From NCBI RefSeq assembly GCF_004010195.1, contig NC_057718.1, positions 34,702,667 to 34,766,666 on the forward strand: a DNA stretch of 64,000 nt. Reading direction: 5' to 3'. Below are positions 63,759 through 64,000 of this stretch, in pieces (the first letter of the stretch is position 1; every line of letters starts with the position of its first letter). Origin of the DNA: Chiloscyllium plagiosum (taxonomy: Eukaryota). The translations under genes were made by a program, and so were the position numbers. Below the pieces are notes generated by a model. The model was given only the letters and a program-made list of their open reading frames with translations, had not been told where the DNA came from and did no database searches.

Positions 63759-64000
63759 CAAGGCTGATGCAACTGTTCACCTCCAGCGTGTCTCTCACTG
63801 ATTCACCAGAGGCTTCGGTTCCAGCAACTGAGATATCTGAACTCAATCCTTCTCCATGCTGTTTATTGGACCAGCATCACCAATTTGTCAAAACTCTGCC
63901 TCTAACCTCTTTAGATTGGAGCTGCATGCTGGTTCTGCATAATTGAATCCATTGGACATTTAAGGCCCATGACTCAGCAATATCATTTGTGATGAACTCC

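Overview
This is eukaryotic, repeat-saturated non-coding DNA. The repeat content (V-SINE/HE1-type SINEs with CR1-derived tails, many 5'-truncated CR1 LINEs, Deu-domain SINE relics) points to a cartilaginous fish, probably a shark. I could not support any host protein-coding exon, so the window looks intronic or intergenic, and the long ORFs in the track belong to retroelements. Contents: about 14 CR1 fragments, V-SINEs, old RTE, L2-like and Rex1 LINE relics, solo LTRs and many Penelope-like element (PLE) pieces. The main points of interest are: (1) minimal hammerhead ribozyme motifs from at least three PLE families, five with intact cores, some in ~100-130 bp insertions flanked by long target-site duplications (TSDs); (2) PLE insertions built as long inverted repeats; (3) a CR1 insertion whose 5'UTR and ORF1 start are inverted inside one TSD pair; (4) a decayed ~300-codon coiled-coil ORF between two LTR-like repeats; (5) a 743-bp non-coding insert with a Rex1-like tail. 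All calls were made by eye. Boundaries are approximate unless a TSD is quoted, and family names need confirmation against Dfam or Repbase.
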